A DNA stretch of 64,000 bases from Eledone cirrhosa (lineage: Eukaryota), in assembly GCA_964016885.1 (NCBI GenBank), contig OZ024745.1, forward strand, positions 91,140,001 to 91,204,000, written 5' to 3'. A program made the position numbers and the translations under genes. A model generated the notes under the pieces. That model was given only the letters and a program-made list of their open reading frames with translations, did no database searches and was not told the origin of the DNA. How positions within the stretch are numbered: position 1 is the stretch's first letter; each line of letters starts with the position of its first letter. Below are positions 41,920 through 55,130 of the stretch, in pieces.

Positions 41920-42328
41920 ATTGGCAGAATTGTTAGTGTCGAACAAAATGCATTGTGGCATTCAGTTATGGTTCTTTACATTCTGAGTTAAAATCCCACT
42001 GATGTCAACTTTGCCTTTCATCCTTTCAAGGTTGATAAAATGCAGGGCCAGTCAAGTATTGCAATCAATTTAATTGACACTCCCACCCACCAAAATTGCT
42101 GTCCTTGTGGCTAAATCAGAAACCATTATTATTAGTATTATTATTATGTGAAACTTTCTTTGAATTCTCCTTCTTTCCTATATTTTGCTGATCAACCTGA
42201 TAGCTGAGGCAAAATCCCGCCAAGGTTAACTTTGCCTTTCATCCTTACAGGATCGATAAAATAAAGTACCAGTAATGCACTGGGTAATTGCTGGACTTGT
42301 GCCAAAAGTAGAAACAATTATTATTATT
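41920..42328 (+). mobile_element. Two SINE family B copies
   Basis: gcctttcatcctt..gataaaat central block and (ATT)n tails near 42130 and 42320. Confidence 0.8.
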
Positions 42329-43985
42329 TGTCTTTTACCACTTCTTTCAGTTTTGTTTCCATTTCTTGCCGAGTGTCTTCCCGACACCTAGGGTAGAGAA
42401 ACTCATTGCATACATTGATACACCACCAAATTAAACACACCACATTGTTCGTGTCACACACTTTACACAATTACAAGTATATAATGTGCTTTATACATGT
42501 CTACATTGTGTTTAAAATCATATTTACAACAGAATGATAATTATCACCAATCATATGCGTCCATGATTATTCATAACTAACATGATTATGGAATATAATG
42601 AAATAAGGCTATGTAAAAAAAATTACATAGATGATTATCTTTTTCACAGTGATAACGCTCTTCTCAATATGTGTGCTGTACCAGTTAAAGCAATTTTTTG
42701 CACTTCTTGCAGTAATGGAAGCCTGGGATCATTCTGAAATAATTTCCTGTTCCTTTTTTTTTTTATCATTCCTAGTGCTTTGAGATGCCACATTTTTTCA
42801 ATTTCAATGAGCAAATCTTTATATTTTCTGAGCTTGCCAAATTCTATTGCTGCAATATTGTGATAATATGGGATCAATAAACAGACATTGTTATTTTGTT
42901 TTATTCAGTCTATTAGCTTTGATGTTTCTGCCTGTATGTACAGAAAAGTCCCAAAGAATTGTTACATTTTCTCCTTCAGTTACAGCCACAGGGTGATACT
43001 TATACCACTTGTCAACAGTTTTGATTTTATGATACTAATATATTAACCAGTGTAGATATTGATCACCTCTGTCATGCTTTGAAACTCTACTGGTGCTAAA
43101 ACTTCTCATCATTGCAGAATCATCACTTCAGATCTACTCCATTTCTCATCAGATTGGCTTTGTTAATAAGCGTTGATCTTGAGCAGCGAAGATGAAGTCT
43201 TCACTTTCTGCCTTTAGCCCTGAGCTATGTAGCCACTGATGAGTGTGCTTCTGATCAACATCAGTTTGTTTGCTAAAGGCCACATATTTTCCATGCAGAA
43301 GTTTCTGCTTGCAGCTCAATGCTAATTGATCATGCCCTTTTTTCTTAGACATTAATTTTACTTCCTTTGTCACAAGTGTTGCCGCAGTTTCCTTGGTCTA
43401 TCCAACATGGATATCAGTCATGAGATTAATAGCAAATTCTTTGCTTTCTTTCAAAATAGAATGAAACTTATTCCTCTCATGTTTTTCAACAAGTTCCAAT
43501 TATAGTAATTTTGTGAGAAAGTTCAAACTGGGTCAAGCCTCAGCCTCCTTGAATTCTGTGAAGGTAAAGATGGTCCACATCTACCTTTGGATGGTGCATC
43601 TTATTATAAGTCAGCAACTTACAAAATGTTTGTATCAATTCTTTATTTCATTGGGGCTATAACTAACAACTGAAATTGCTAAAGAATTTATGGCTCACAC
43701 CTTGTTATATGCATATAGCTCAGATTTCAGAACTGTTCATGCTCTCCTATAACATTCCTTCCTTATCTTGTCTTTCATGATTGCAGGCTGAATACCAGAG
43801 CCTTCATTTATACCAGGGTATTTATAAGTTTGTTCCTGCTCAAGTTCTTTTATAATTGTTTCAACATCTAGTTCGACTGAATTTGAGTTTATCAACTTCT
43901 CTTTCTTGAAAGTGGCCTTGGCACATTTATCAAGCCCAAACTCTATCCTGACATCACGGAATGCTTTCACTGTACGTAAAAGGCT
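42329..43985 (-). mobile_element. R4/Dong-like (RLE) non-LTR retrotransposon 3' half, pseudogenised
   Basis: FGLDKCAK, TYKYPGINEG, SGLKAESEDFIFAAQDQ, QKIALTGTAHILRRAL; 3' end ccctaggtgtcgggaagacactcgg. Confidence 0.8.
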
Positions 43986-44262
43986 CTGGATTGGCAAAAT
44001 CGGTAGAGCATCAGACAATATGCTATGCTTCTGAGTTCAAATCAGGCTGATGTTAGCTTTGCGTTTCATTCTTACAGGGTTGATAAAATGAAGTAGCAGT
44101 AATGCACTGGGATCGATTTAATTGACTTGACCTTTCCCCCACCAAAATTGTTGGCCATTATTAACTTTGCCTTTCATCCTTCCGGGGTCGATAGAATAAA
44201 GTACCAGTAATGCATTGGGTAATTGCTGGCCTTGTGCCAAAAGTAGAAACAATTATTATTAT
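43986..44262 (+). mobile_element. SINE family B (two joined copies)
   Basis: Head tggattggcaaaatcggtagag, B box, central block twice, (ATT)n tail. Confidence 0.8.
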
Positions 44263-44507
44263 TGTTGTTTGCATTTATCATTTTCCTTCAGTTTTGTTTT
44301 CATTACTTGCGGAGTCTTCACCTAGGGTATGGAAACTCACTGCATACATTGGTAAGCCATAAAATAAACACCAGACTGTTCACTTTACACATTTACAAGT
44401 ATATTATTTGCTTTATATATGTGCACATTATCTATTTAAAATCATATTTACAACAGAATGATATTAAATCATGTGTTCAATTATTTACAACTTACATAAT
44501 TATGAAA

Positions 44508-45202
44508 TCTAAACTATAATAAAGTAAGGAGCGCGGGACTGCGTACGGTTTATAATTTTTTATCTCATTAATAAAATAAGTTGGATTACTTTGAATAAAT
44601 AATTGTTTCTACTTTTGGCACAAGGCCAGCAAATACCCCAGTGTATTACTGGTACTTTATTTTATCGACCCCGTAAGGATGAAAGGCAAAGTTTACCTCG
44701 GCAGGATTTGAACTCAGATCGTAAAGGGCCGTAACTCTATGCGGCAAAGCATGGCGTCCGACCCTCCACCGATACTGCCAATCCACCGTCATTACTTTGA
44801 ATAAATAATGAATGAATATTACATAATTTATCTACTAAATTTCGTGGCTGTTGATTAAATATATTTTGTTTATTTAAAGATTCACTTCTTTAAAATTTCT
44901 GAAATGTCAACACTTCCGGTTAGCCATCGCTTAAATAAACATATTAATTTTCTGTCACTAATTTTCTCCTAATGCAGTTTATATATAATATCGTCTTTTT
45001 TAATGTATCATGGATTACGTTACTGATTAAATAAGACAGTGTAACGCAGTCTTCGTTCAATTTCTATGTATTATATATTGTCAATTACGATTTTATTTGA
45101 TGTATATATACCTGCGTATAATATCAATGAAATGATGATGAAATGATGATACACACTACACATGCTAGCAGAAAACCACCCAAAGAGTGGTTTTTCTGCT
45201 AG
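44508..45202 (+). mobile_element. Non-autonomous Helitron H2 inserted at A^T
   Basis: 5' TC; 3' hairpin ctagcagaaaaccac..gtggtttttctgCTAG; LINE sequence resumes on both sides. Confidence 0.75.
44604..44790 (-). mobile_element. Full-length young SINE family B with 19-bp TSD
   Basis: attactttgaataaataat at 44585-44603 and 44791-44809. Confidence 0.92.
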
Positions 45203-45568
45203 TACAATCTAATAAAGTTATGGATGATTATCGTTCTCACAGCAATAGTGCTCTTATCAATATGTGTGCTGTACCAGTTAAAATAACTTTTTGCATTTCT
45301 TGCAGTGATAAGCCAAAGATCATTCTAAAATAATTTTCTCTTCCATTTTTTATCATTCCTAATGCTCCTACATTCACTGGTATTGTAACCATTTTGAGAT
45401 ACATTTTTTTCAATTTCAATCTGCAAGTTTTTATATTTTCTAACTTTGTCAAATACTTTTGTTGCAATATTGTGATCACATGGGATGCTCATGTCAATCA
45501 ATAAATAGACTGTTAATTTAGTTTCAATAATATCTGGTCTGTTAGATTTGATGGTTCTAACTTTATTA

Positions 45569-46188
45569 TCTATATATCTAAAACAGAGAATGTCTGTCTG
45601 TCTGTCTGACTCCCTAAAACTCGAGAACCACCCAACCAATTGTTTTCAAACTTTACACATGTAATATTTATGGTCCTGTGAGTGTTTTTAGAAAAGATAT
45701 TTCAAATTGTCAATGCCCTAGGTACTGCATTATGCGATTTAGTGATCTCTCTCTATAATTCTTAGTCTTTCTTTTTAAATAGATACATAGATATAACGTT
45801 GCACCCTTATAATATCTGTCTGTATGTCTGGCTGTCTGCATTACGACATTATGACGCTATATGTGTGTGTGTATATATGTATATATAGTGTGTGTATATA
45901 TAGTGTGTAACGTTTTTCGAAATATTTACTTCTGCGTTCACAGATGATTTTTTTAGTTTCAGAAGATCCCGTTAAGGGTGAAAGCAGCGATTCTTTGCTT
46001 AAACTTTAATCTGTTATTTTAATATATATATATATATAATTATATATTCGTGTACAGATATTTTTGCATGCACAATAGCAAAATATAAACAAACGTATTT
46101 ATTTCACGAGGCTCGATAAGGATAGATATATATCAAATATATAAGAACCCTAGAGCAAATCCTGAGCAACGCCGGGCCATTCTGCTAG
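45569..46188 (+). mobile_element. Non-autonomous Helitron H1
   Basis: 5' TCTATATATC..GTCTGTCTG; 3' gagcaacgccggg..CTAG-T; shares internal blocks with 29140-29350. Confidence 0.82.
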
Positions 46189-46206
46189 TTATTATTATTA
46201 CTAGCT

Positions 46207-46390
46207 GGCGGTGGATTGGCAGTATTGGTAGAGGGTCGGACGCCATGCTTTCCAGCATAGTTACGTCCCTTTACGATCTGAGTTCAAATCCCGCCGAGGT
46301 TGACTTTGCCTTTCATCCTTACGGGGTCGATAAAATAAAGTACCAGTAATGCACTGGGTAATTGCTGGCCTTGTGCCTAAAGTAGAAACA
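46207..46390 (+). mobile_element. Full-length SINE family B with TSD
   Basis: attattattactagctggc at 46191-46209 and 46391-46409; A box TGGCAGTATTGG, B box GAGTTCAAATCCC. Confidence 0.92.
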
Positions 46391-46400
46391 ATTATTATTA

Positions 46401-46673
46401 CTAGCTGGCTCTGTGCCATCAAAAATTATGGCTAATTGTAATATCTATACGTAATATAAAAAATGAGATGTTTGTTTGTTGGTCGTTTGGTTCCTTCACA
46501 CTCATTCACACAAGTGAAACAAACATACAAACACACAGCTGTGATGAATCTTAGAACACTGGACTCCAATAGTTTCTCAACTCCTCCTTTCTCAGTTGAT
46601 GTAACCATCCCTTCTTTTCTCAGTCATCTCGAGTCTGTTAAGGACAAATACACACGGCTTTTATATAAGTAGA
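46401..46673 (-). mobile_element. Small non-autonomous Helitron
   Basis: Minus strand 5' TCTACTTATATAAAAG; GCCAT/ATGGC hairpin then CTAG. Confidence 0.55.
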
Positions 46674-46679
46674 TTATTA

Positions 46680-47220
46680 TTATATTTTCATTTGATTTCC
46701 ACTTCATTTCATCTGCCAGCCGGGTGTCAACTAGAGACCTAAAGCACATATACATTAGGTGGAGAGAAACTTATTGAGAAGGTGAGCGGTTGATGTCAGA
46801 ACAATTTTTTGAACCTCGTAGATTGTTGGTTTCCCTATGATCTAGTAAAAAATTTTGTCAGTACCTTTTTTGATCATTCCTAGGGCATTTACATCAACAG
46901 GGATGATTTTTGGTTTATAATTGCCACATCCTAGATATCTCAATATCAAGGTCTTTGTATTTAGATAATTTGTCAAATTCTTTTACTGAGATGTTTTTAT
47001 CAGTAGGAACTGTCATATCAATTAACTGACATGCCTTAGGTCTTTCATGACAATGTCTGGTGTTTCATCATTTATTTAATTACCTCTGTATATCCCATAA
47101 TCCCATAGGATGGTAACATTCTGGCTGTGGCTGGTGTTCATATCATTTCTTAGGGCGCAGGATATCACAGTGATGGCATATGCTCCTTCCTCTGCAAGAA
47201 TTGGCCGATTGTTATCATTG

Positions 47221-47261
<41 letters not shown>

Positions 47262-47790
47262 CGTTATTATTATTTTGCACACTATCACGGCATTACTGAG
47301 CACAGCTCATTATGCCTTAGGTATGTGCTGTGTGTTTTTTGTAGTGTTGTTTCTATTATATTAAGAGTACTCTACGTAATATGAGTGCAGTGCCTAATAG
47401 TACTAATTTTTGTATGCTATATATTTGTAAGTCCTGTGGTTTCAGTTATATCTTTGTCTGTGTGATTTTATTTTTATCCTTCCCAGAGCACCTATTTTTA
47501 TAGGTATTGTTTTTGTCTTAATCATCCACATTCGAGTTGTTTTTTTCTCTAGATCTTTATATTTAGATAGTTTCTCCCTTTCCTTTTTAGATATATTGTC
47601 GTCTGTTGGGATTGATATATCATTTAGAAGAAATTATTTTCTTTGTAGTCTTTGACTATAATATCTGGTGTGTCGGCTTTGATCTCCGTGTCTGTGTGTA
47701 TTGGCATATCCCAGAATATGATTGCTTTGTCATTCTCTGATACCTTTGCTGGTGTCTGTGTGTGTGTATCATCTTTTTTCTGTTGGTATT
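46680..47790 (-). mobile_element. Two further decayed R4/Dong-like 3' fragments around a (TTA)n tract
   Basis: VTILWDY, PDIV, ALGMIKK and GTAL/HI-like motifs, frameshifted. Confidence 0.6.
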
Positions 47791-50700
47791 TCATGTTGGC
47801 ATCATTTCCAGTGTATGTGGATCCCTACTCTATCATGTCTGCAGATGTATTCCTTTTTAGCATAGAGGTCAGGTCCTAAATTTTGTGGGAGAGCATAATG
47901 AATTATATCTCCCCTCGGTACTATACCTGATTGGTATTATCTAATTATCTCTCACCCACCAGGAGGATGAAATAATGAGAGAACTATTAAAATCACAAAA
48001 CTGCATATCAACAGTTTTAGAACAATTACCAAAACACACTGAACAAGTTTCTGGCATTCAAAAATTAATTAAAAGGCTATTTGAATACTGTATCATAACC
48101 AACATTATTATCTTTACTACCACTTCTTTTACTGTGTGAAGAAATTATTTCAAATTATTTGCCATTATTGTTATTATTATTGTTATTATCATTGATTTAT
48201 GAATTTTCCTTCCAGCTTTAACTTCCAAACATATTAATTAGCTCACAGTTCAAGTTATTGATTTTGTAACCCCACTTAAATCATTATATTCTATTTATTA
48301 ATTTATTTCCTATTGAAAAATTTATCCCCTTCCTCTGTCTCTTTATTTCTCTCACTCTCTTTCCTTCTCTCTCTCTCTCTTCTTTCCATCACCCCCCTCT
48401 CTCTCTTGCTCTCTCTAGTTATTTCTTTTTGGAAATTGATGCTTTGACATTGTATTTTGTTACATTTGAAATATTAATGAATCAAAAATAATGAAATCAT
48501 TATTATCACACTGAAAATATGAAAAAAAAACAAAAAGAATTATTCTAGCCCCTCCCCTTCGTCATCATCATCATCACTGACATCACAATCATACTCCTCA
48601 TCATCATCATCATCATCGTAGCTGTTTGTGTTTTTCTTTCAATTGTTTTCTTCATTATCCACTTCATAACCAGCAGAGTAATGGCATTTAATTGAAGAGG
48701 CTTCCATCATTATCATTATCATCATCTCTCCACCTTATGATAAATTTCTATCTATATTAAGTATTGAGTTCTATTAAAGTAATGTGTATACATATGATCA
48801 GATTTTTTTTTAAATATGTAAAGTAGGTATTTCCTGTTTTGTCTTAAAAGCATGGCAAGACTACTTTTGCACATTGCAACAAAAATATAGTTTTATTCCT
48901 TTTAACAATTGCCCAGGCAATATTTATAAAATCTCTTTCTTTTTTTCTTCTTCTAGGACTGCAATCATTGGATGTTTTTAAATGACATAATTCACATACC
49001 AATAAGTAATAATTTGATGTATTGCCTTCCTCCCTTGCACTAATGAATCTACACTGAATGTGATTTAATACTAATAAGTAAGTACCATACATTCTTCTAA
49101 TACAGGAGTCTATAAATTGGTTGATATCCTGGGTTTTGATGGGACTATATATTCAATAGGTCATTTGAAATGTTGGGCTAAAAAACCTGATATTTACATA
49201 TATGAAATGAAAGTACATAAAATAATACAATAAAATACAATCTGTTTATACAAATTTCTGATTTATATATTATTATCTTTATAATCTTTATTATCTGTAT
49301 ATTATATATACAGATACATTATACGGATATATTATATATAATATTTGCTGATTTTATTTACTTATTTATTTTTCTACATGTCTGGGGTTGATGAGGGGCT
49401 TAGAAATAACATCAAGGGGGTCACTGGTCTAATTGGGGATCCCGGTTCTAATTGCTACAGTTTTTCTATTTGGGGCTTTTTTCATTTACATTTTGAATCT
49501 TTAAAAAGTCTGATCTCTTAACTATTTCAGATTACTAAACCCATGATTCTATGTTTATTTAAACCTGCCAGTACTTACACCTTTATCAAGTGGTGGTAGT
49601 AGTATAAAGAATACTTATATTGGTATATGAAGCTATTATTTGGGTAATGTTTATCATCAACAAGCCTGACTTGAGGTGGGTCAGTTAACATGAGCTTATG
49701 ATTTTGAAGAGGTCTTTTCCCCTAGTTAGAGGCAAATAGAGAAACCTTTGGTAAAATATTACCTATTCTTCATAAATGTTTGTCTTTATATTTTGTTGTT
49801 ACTTATATGATTATAAGGAATTCTACATATCATCCATATGTAATCAGGACTTAGCACTGATCACTAAAATATCTGTTGAGTAGTTTGAAATGGGGCCTAC
49901 ATTTCACATTTTGTCTAGACCAATTATCAGTTGAAATTAGGCATACATTTCACATTTTACTTGCACCTACTATTCATTAAGATGAGGCCTACATTTCATA
50001 TCTGGCTTTCAGAAATCTGAAATGTCTTCTACATTAATATTTCTTTCATATCATGGAAATCTATTCTACAAATGTAAAATATCTTCTTCATCTCTAAAAT
50101 GTCTGCTATATCAATACAATGTCTTCTATACCATTGAAATATCTGCTTCATCACTGATGTTCTACATCATTAAAACAACTTCGACATCAGGACAATGACT
50201 CTATGTCAGTGTTACAAGTAAAATAGTATGAGGAAATTTGGAACCTAGGGAAACTTCCTTTTCTCTCCTCATATCTCACCTTTACTCTATTCCTTTCATT
50301 TGCAATCTTACAATCAAGGCCCAATACTACATTGATATATCTTCCCTCTTGGAAGAAAGGCAATTACTGGAAAGGTTATTCATTCATTCCTCACTGCAAA
50401 TCATCTTACTGAACGTGTCTATAACAAGACCGGCACTATGCACTAGGCAGACTGGGAGATCATCTTGAGCTCTAAATTCTGGAGATGCCACCCAAATTCT
50501 GAAGTCAAAATTTCTTATTTGACTAAAAATATGGACACCAAATAATAAAGAGAGAAAGTGAGGTCACTCCTGGAACAAAAGAGAAATGCTGTTGGGATTG
50601 GGTGAGCTAGAGGAGAGGCTCATGTGGTTTTACATGACACATAATATGGAATGGGGAAATCTGGACAGTTGAATGAAAAATGTAGGCTCAGTAATTTTCT

Positions 50701-51023
50701 TAGTGTGATCAGAGCAAAAGATGTAAAGAATTTGGTTTGTCACTTGCCTGACTGTATGTCAAAAATGTTTAAGAGAAGAGGGCACATAACTGAGAGATTG
50801 AGGCTCAGATTATAGAGCTAGATTTGAACACTGAACACCTTGGTGACTGCCCCGCTTCTAAATAATCTGGTATATCCTTAAAAACTCAAATACCTCAGTA
50901 AAATTAGTTTTTCTGTTGCATTTCATTTTACAACTTATTGAAGGTTTTATTAAATTAAATATTCCCAATATTCAATGTTCCTAACTGAACAATGATCCCC
51001 TCCCCTTCACACACATAAACAAA

Positions 51024-51241
51024 ATAATAATAATTGTTTCTACTTTTGGCACAAGGCCAGCAATTTGGAGAAAAGAGGGTCGAAATCAATTAAATTGACC
51101 CGAATGTATTACTGGTGCTTTATTTTATTGAACCTGTAAAGCTAACCGTGGCAGGATTTGAACTCAGAACATAAAGGGATGTAAGTTTATGCTGCAAAGC
51201 ATGCTGTCCGATGCTCTACCAATACTGCTGATCCACCACCC
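51024..51241 (-). mobile_element. SINE family B (long subtype) in (TAA)n
   Basis: Homology to other copies; TAA-rich flanks. Confidence 0.8.
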
Positions 51242-54200
51242 TAATAATAATAAAAATGATAATAATAAATGATACTATTTTGTATATGTCTACAAGTTAC
51301 AACTGACTGAGTTGAAACATTAATCAAGCTGCTGGCAGATCAACAATCTACATAATATTACCAATGTTAAATTATATGTATGACCAAAACCTTGACACAT
51401 CACCATTTCTGGTGCCATTAGTATCTTGTAGAGCTGCAGTCTAATTAGTACAGACATTTAGAGCATTACATAATTGATGCATGCTTTGCTGTCATCTTGC
51501 ATTGCTGAATTCAAGTTGTACTAATGCATACAGCTTGGTGGGGAAGTTTCCTGAACTTAACAAGATTAATTAACTATCAATTCATGCATTTAATTGTAAA
51601 AAAAAAAGTCACATGCTTGATTATTATACTCATGAGATTCACATCCATTTTTACCTTCTGATTTTTTTCAAAGAAGGTTTCAATCTAAATGATCCAAAGT
51701 TAGCTCTCCTGGTGGTACAAAATCTAATTTGACAAATGCTATTAATGGTGAATAAATATTTAAGTGTTTAGTGTGTTGGTTTCCTTAGAAAATGTAAAAA
51801 ACTTGAATTGAATTCCATACTGAGAATTGAATTCCCACTGAGTACTCTGCAACATTGAGCTAAACAGTTCAATGGTACAGAGCACTCAGTAGGAATTTGA
51901 GAGGCATAGAGTTCAATTCTGTGTAGTGGCTGCTGACCCCTTTTTGGGTCTCATCATCATCATCACCATTTTATGTCCATTCTTCCACGCTAGCATGGGT
52001 TAGACGAGTTGTCCTGTTGTGGGTAATGCCAGGTCATGTGACCATGTCTTGTTCAAACTATAGGGATATTTTACCTGATTGTCTAAGCTATTATTTATTG
52101 CAATCAACTGTGTTCAGTTATTTCCTGTGTTCGAGATGGTCTATAATATATAAATTATTAATTGTATTTAGCTGACAAAGGCCATCATTAGTTTCCCCAG
52201 ACTTGTGATACTGACTGACAGATAATAGATAATTATATGTAATTGTAAGAACAGGCTATATTCTGTTTGGTCTTCAGTTAATTTTACATGTCTGGAGAAC
52301 TGGATGTTAATCAGGTGAATGCTTATTAATGAAGTTATTTCAGCATTATTTATAATTGTTATGTAATATATGAGAAGGAATATGTTCCTGGCAAGAGTGA
52401 ACTAGGGTAGAATGAGTGAGTGAAAGAAACTTCTGTGATTAATATGGTAATGAGAGTGTTAATAGAGCTGACAGAGGTCAGAACAGTGTTAATGTGATGA
52501 CTAATGATGTTAGTTGACAAATTTTGTTGCTTTTGGTTATGTTGTTGCTGGTCATGTTGTTTTGCTAATAGTAATAGTAGTAGTATCAGCACCAGCAGCG
52601 GGGTGGTGGTATTGTTGCTTAGCTAGTCCTGATGGAACAAAATATTGGTCAGAATATTGTTAATCACACTACTAATGATGATGGTTGTTAATAATAATGA
52701 TGTTGATATATTAGTAATAGTAGTAGTAGTTGTTGTTGTTTAACCCCAGGTCAGGCCCAATCAAATAGACCTATAATCAAATACATTCCAGCCATAAACC
52801 ATCCTATCTTATGTTGAGGCATAGCACATTTTTCTAAAGACAATAGAATGCGATATGAAAAGATTTAGCTGCTATTTCTAGCAAGGTGAATGACCAGGTA
52901 GAACCTTCATATTTCAGCTCATAGTTACAGTAGGAGGGGGTGAAGTAGCTATGTCACAAATCATATAAATAATGATGGAACTGGAGATCTCATTGTAGCC
53001 TATTTAGAAAGTAAATTGAAAAAAACCCCTTGCAAAGCGAATAAATACAAATGCATTTTGACCAAGAAAATAAATCTCTGAGTGGGAAACACAAAAAATC
53101 TAGAGACAAATTTGGAAAAAAAAGGAGATCAATATATGATTGTAAAGAAAGAGTAAAGGGCACTGTGATGAGTGACACACAAAAAAAGTGTAGATAGGAG
53201 CATGTTGTAATTATTGACTGTAAATGTGTTGCCTTTGAAGATATAGAAGAAGCTTTAGTTATAACTGAAGGGTGTTTGTTACTTTGTAAAGGAAATCAAA
53301 GAAATTGGAACTTTTACATGAGATATAAAGATAACTCGGATTGATAAAAGTCAGTTCCATTCATTGCTTTATTTGTCTTGTGTTTGAGTTTTTGTTTTTT
53401 TGTTTATTCGGTGTTTTAATATTTCACAGCAGGAGATGAAAATGATAACTAATAGAATATTATCTTTCTTTTTAACTTTTTGAAGAAGAAATGTAATTTA
53501 TGGTAAACATTTCTTAATGGAATGAATAATTTATTATACAGGAAATAAATGATTTACTGATTTAGTACAAATTTGCACCTGTGCTTTCAGAAGTTGCTTT
53601 TTTTATATAAACCTTATCTAACCACTGGTGGAGTTATATTTATCATTATAGAAGTTAGAAACAGATTATTAGACTTAATAGAGTTTCTGACTATTTCCTA
53701 TATGATTTTACCGACAGACAGAAAGAAAAGGTGAGAGAGGGAGAGAGATTCATTTTGGGCGCAGGAAGTCAATATGATTGGTGGAATTTTAAAGATGCAA
53801 AAGCTTTTTTGAGTTAAAACTGCCATAGATGTGTTGTGCCAAAGATTAAACAAATTGTTTAACTTAACTCAGTAGATTTCTGAGTGTTCAATTTCTAAGA
53901 AAACCCTATATCTTTATGGGAAATATCCCACCCTCCTCTCCTCCGAAACTTTATCCAAATATGCTTCTTTATAAAATAACATAACCTTTCAAATATATAA
54001 AAGTATTCTAACCATTTCAGAGCATTGCAAATTTTCCTTTATTAATTTTTTTTTTCATATTTCCATATTAGTTTATGTTAGGTTTGGAATAAAAGCTTTC
54101 CTAAATCCATAAATCTATTAACATTTTGAAATCTTCACATCCTCATTTCCAGAATAAGAAAGTATTAGTGGCTTTGCATTAGCCGCAAAGGATCACAGGA

Positions 54201-54789
54201 GTACTTACAAAACAATGTATACCAGATTAAAAACTCCTTATTGGAAGGGATATGGGCAAAACTGTTCTTTATGTTTTCAACTCTAATTCTGCTAGTCATA
54301 TATATATATATGTGGTGTTGCTGTTGGTTTTATTGTTGTTGACAAAACATATGGTCCGTAATGTTTGTTTGTTTTCTTTTTTTTTTGGTTAAATGTCAAT
54401 ATTTTTCTTTCATATATGTTTTGTGGCGATAAATTAGTTCTTTTATTCTTTTTGTTGCAAATATTTGTCTGCTGAAAGTTTTTTTCTTCTGTTTTTGCAT
54501 CATGTTTGCTTGTGCATGGTGTATTTTGTTGTTATGGTGCTGTCACCATTGTTTACAAGAAATAGCATAACATTTCAAATACATACATAAATATGAGAAA
54601 ATGACCATCCAATTTCCTATATTTGTTTTAGTAAGAAATAAATGCTACTGATTCAGAATGGCTTGTGCTTGCAATGTTGGAAAAAAATAACCTCCTTAAT
54701 TCTTACTTTTTAATTTGAAAGCTCCGGAAGCTTGGATAGAAACATGTCTCACTATTTTGATAATCATGATGATGATGATAAATAGTAGC

Positions 54790-55130
54790 AATAGTTTCTA
54801 ATTTAGGCACAAGGCTAGCTGTTTGAGGGAAGGGGAAAGTATATCAAATCAACCCAGTATTTTACTGGCACTATATTTATTGACCCCCACCCCACTTGAA
54901 GGATGAAAGGCAAAGTTGACCCTTGCAGGATTTCTACTCAGAATATAAATGGCCATAACCAAATGCTGTAAACCATTTTAATGAACATTCTAACAATTCT
55001 GCCAAATAATGGTTTCTACGTTAGGCACAAGGCCAGCAATTATCCAGTGTATTACTGGTACTTTATTTTATCGACCCCGTAAGGATGAAAGGCAAAGTTA
55101 ACCTCGGTGGGATTTGAACTCAGAATGGCA
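54790..55130 (-). mobile_element. Two SINE family B copies
   Basis: ggcacaaggc(c/t)agc tails and gatgaaaggcaaagtt blocks, each twice. Confidence 0.8.

Larger units (their letters stand above)
44263..45568 (-). mobile_element. Second R4/Dong-like 3' fragment, interrupted by a Helitron
   Basis: 3'UTR colinear with 42330-42640; QKVILTGTAHILIRAL and KSNRPDII motifs at 45237-45560. Confidence 0.8.

Noticed and set aside
49885-50210. Decayed ~47-bp and ~20-bp tandem repeats
   Set aside because: Real but highly degenerate, with no sign of function.
53740-53790. Promoter-like CAGGAAGT plus ATTGG motifs
   Set aside because: Short motifs expected by chance; no linked gene visible.
54150-54290. Possible exon after cctcatttccag
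   Set aside because: Early stops in all three frames from the acceptor; no homology recognised.
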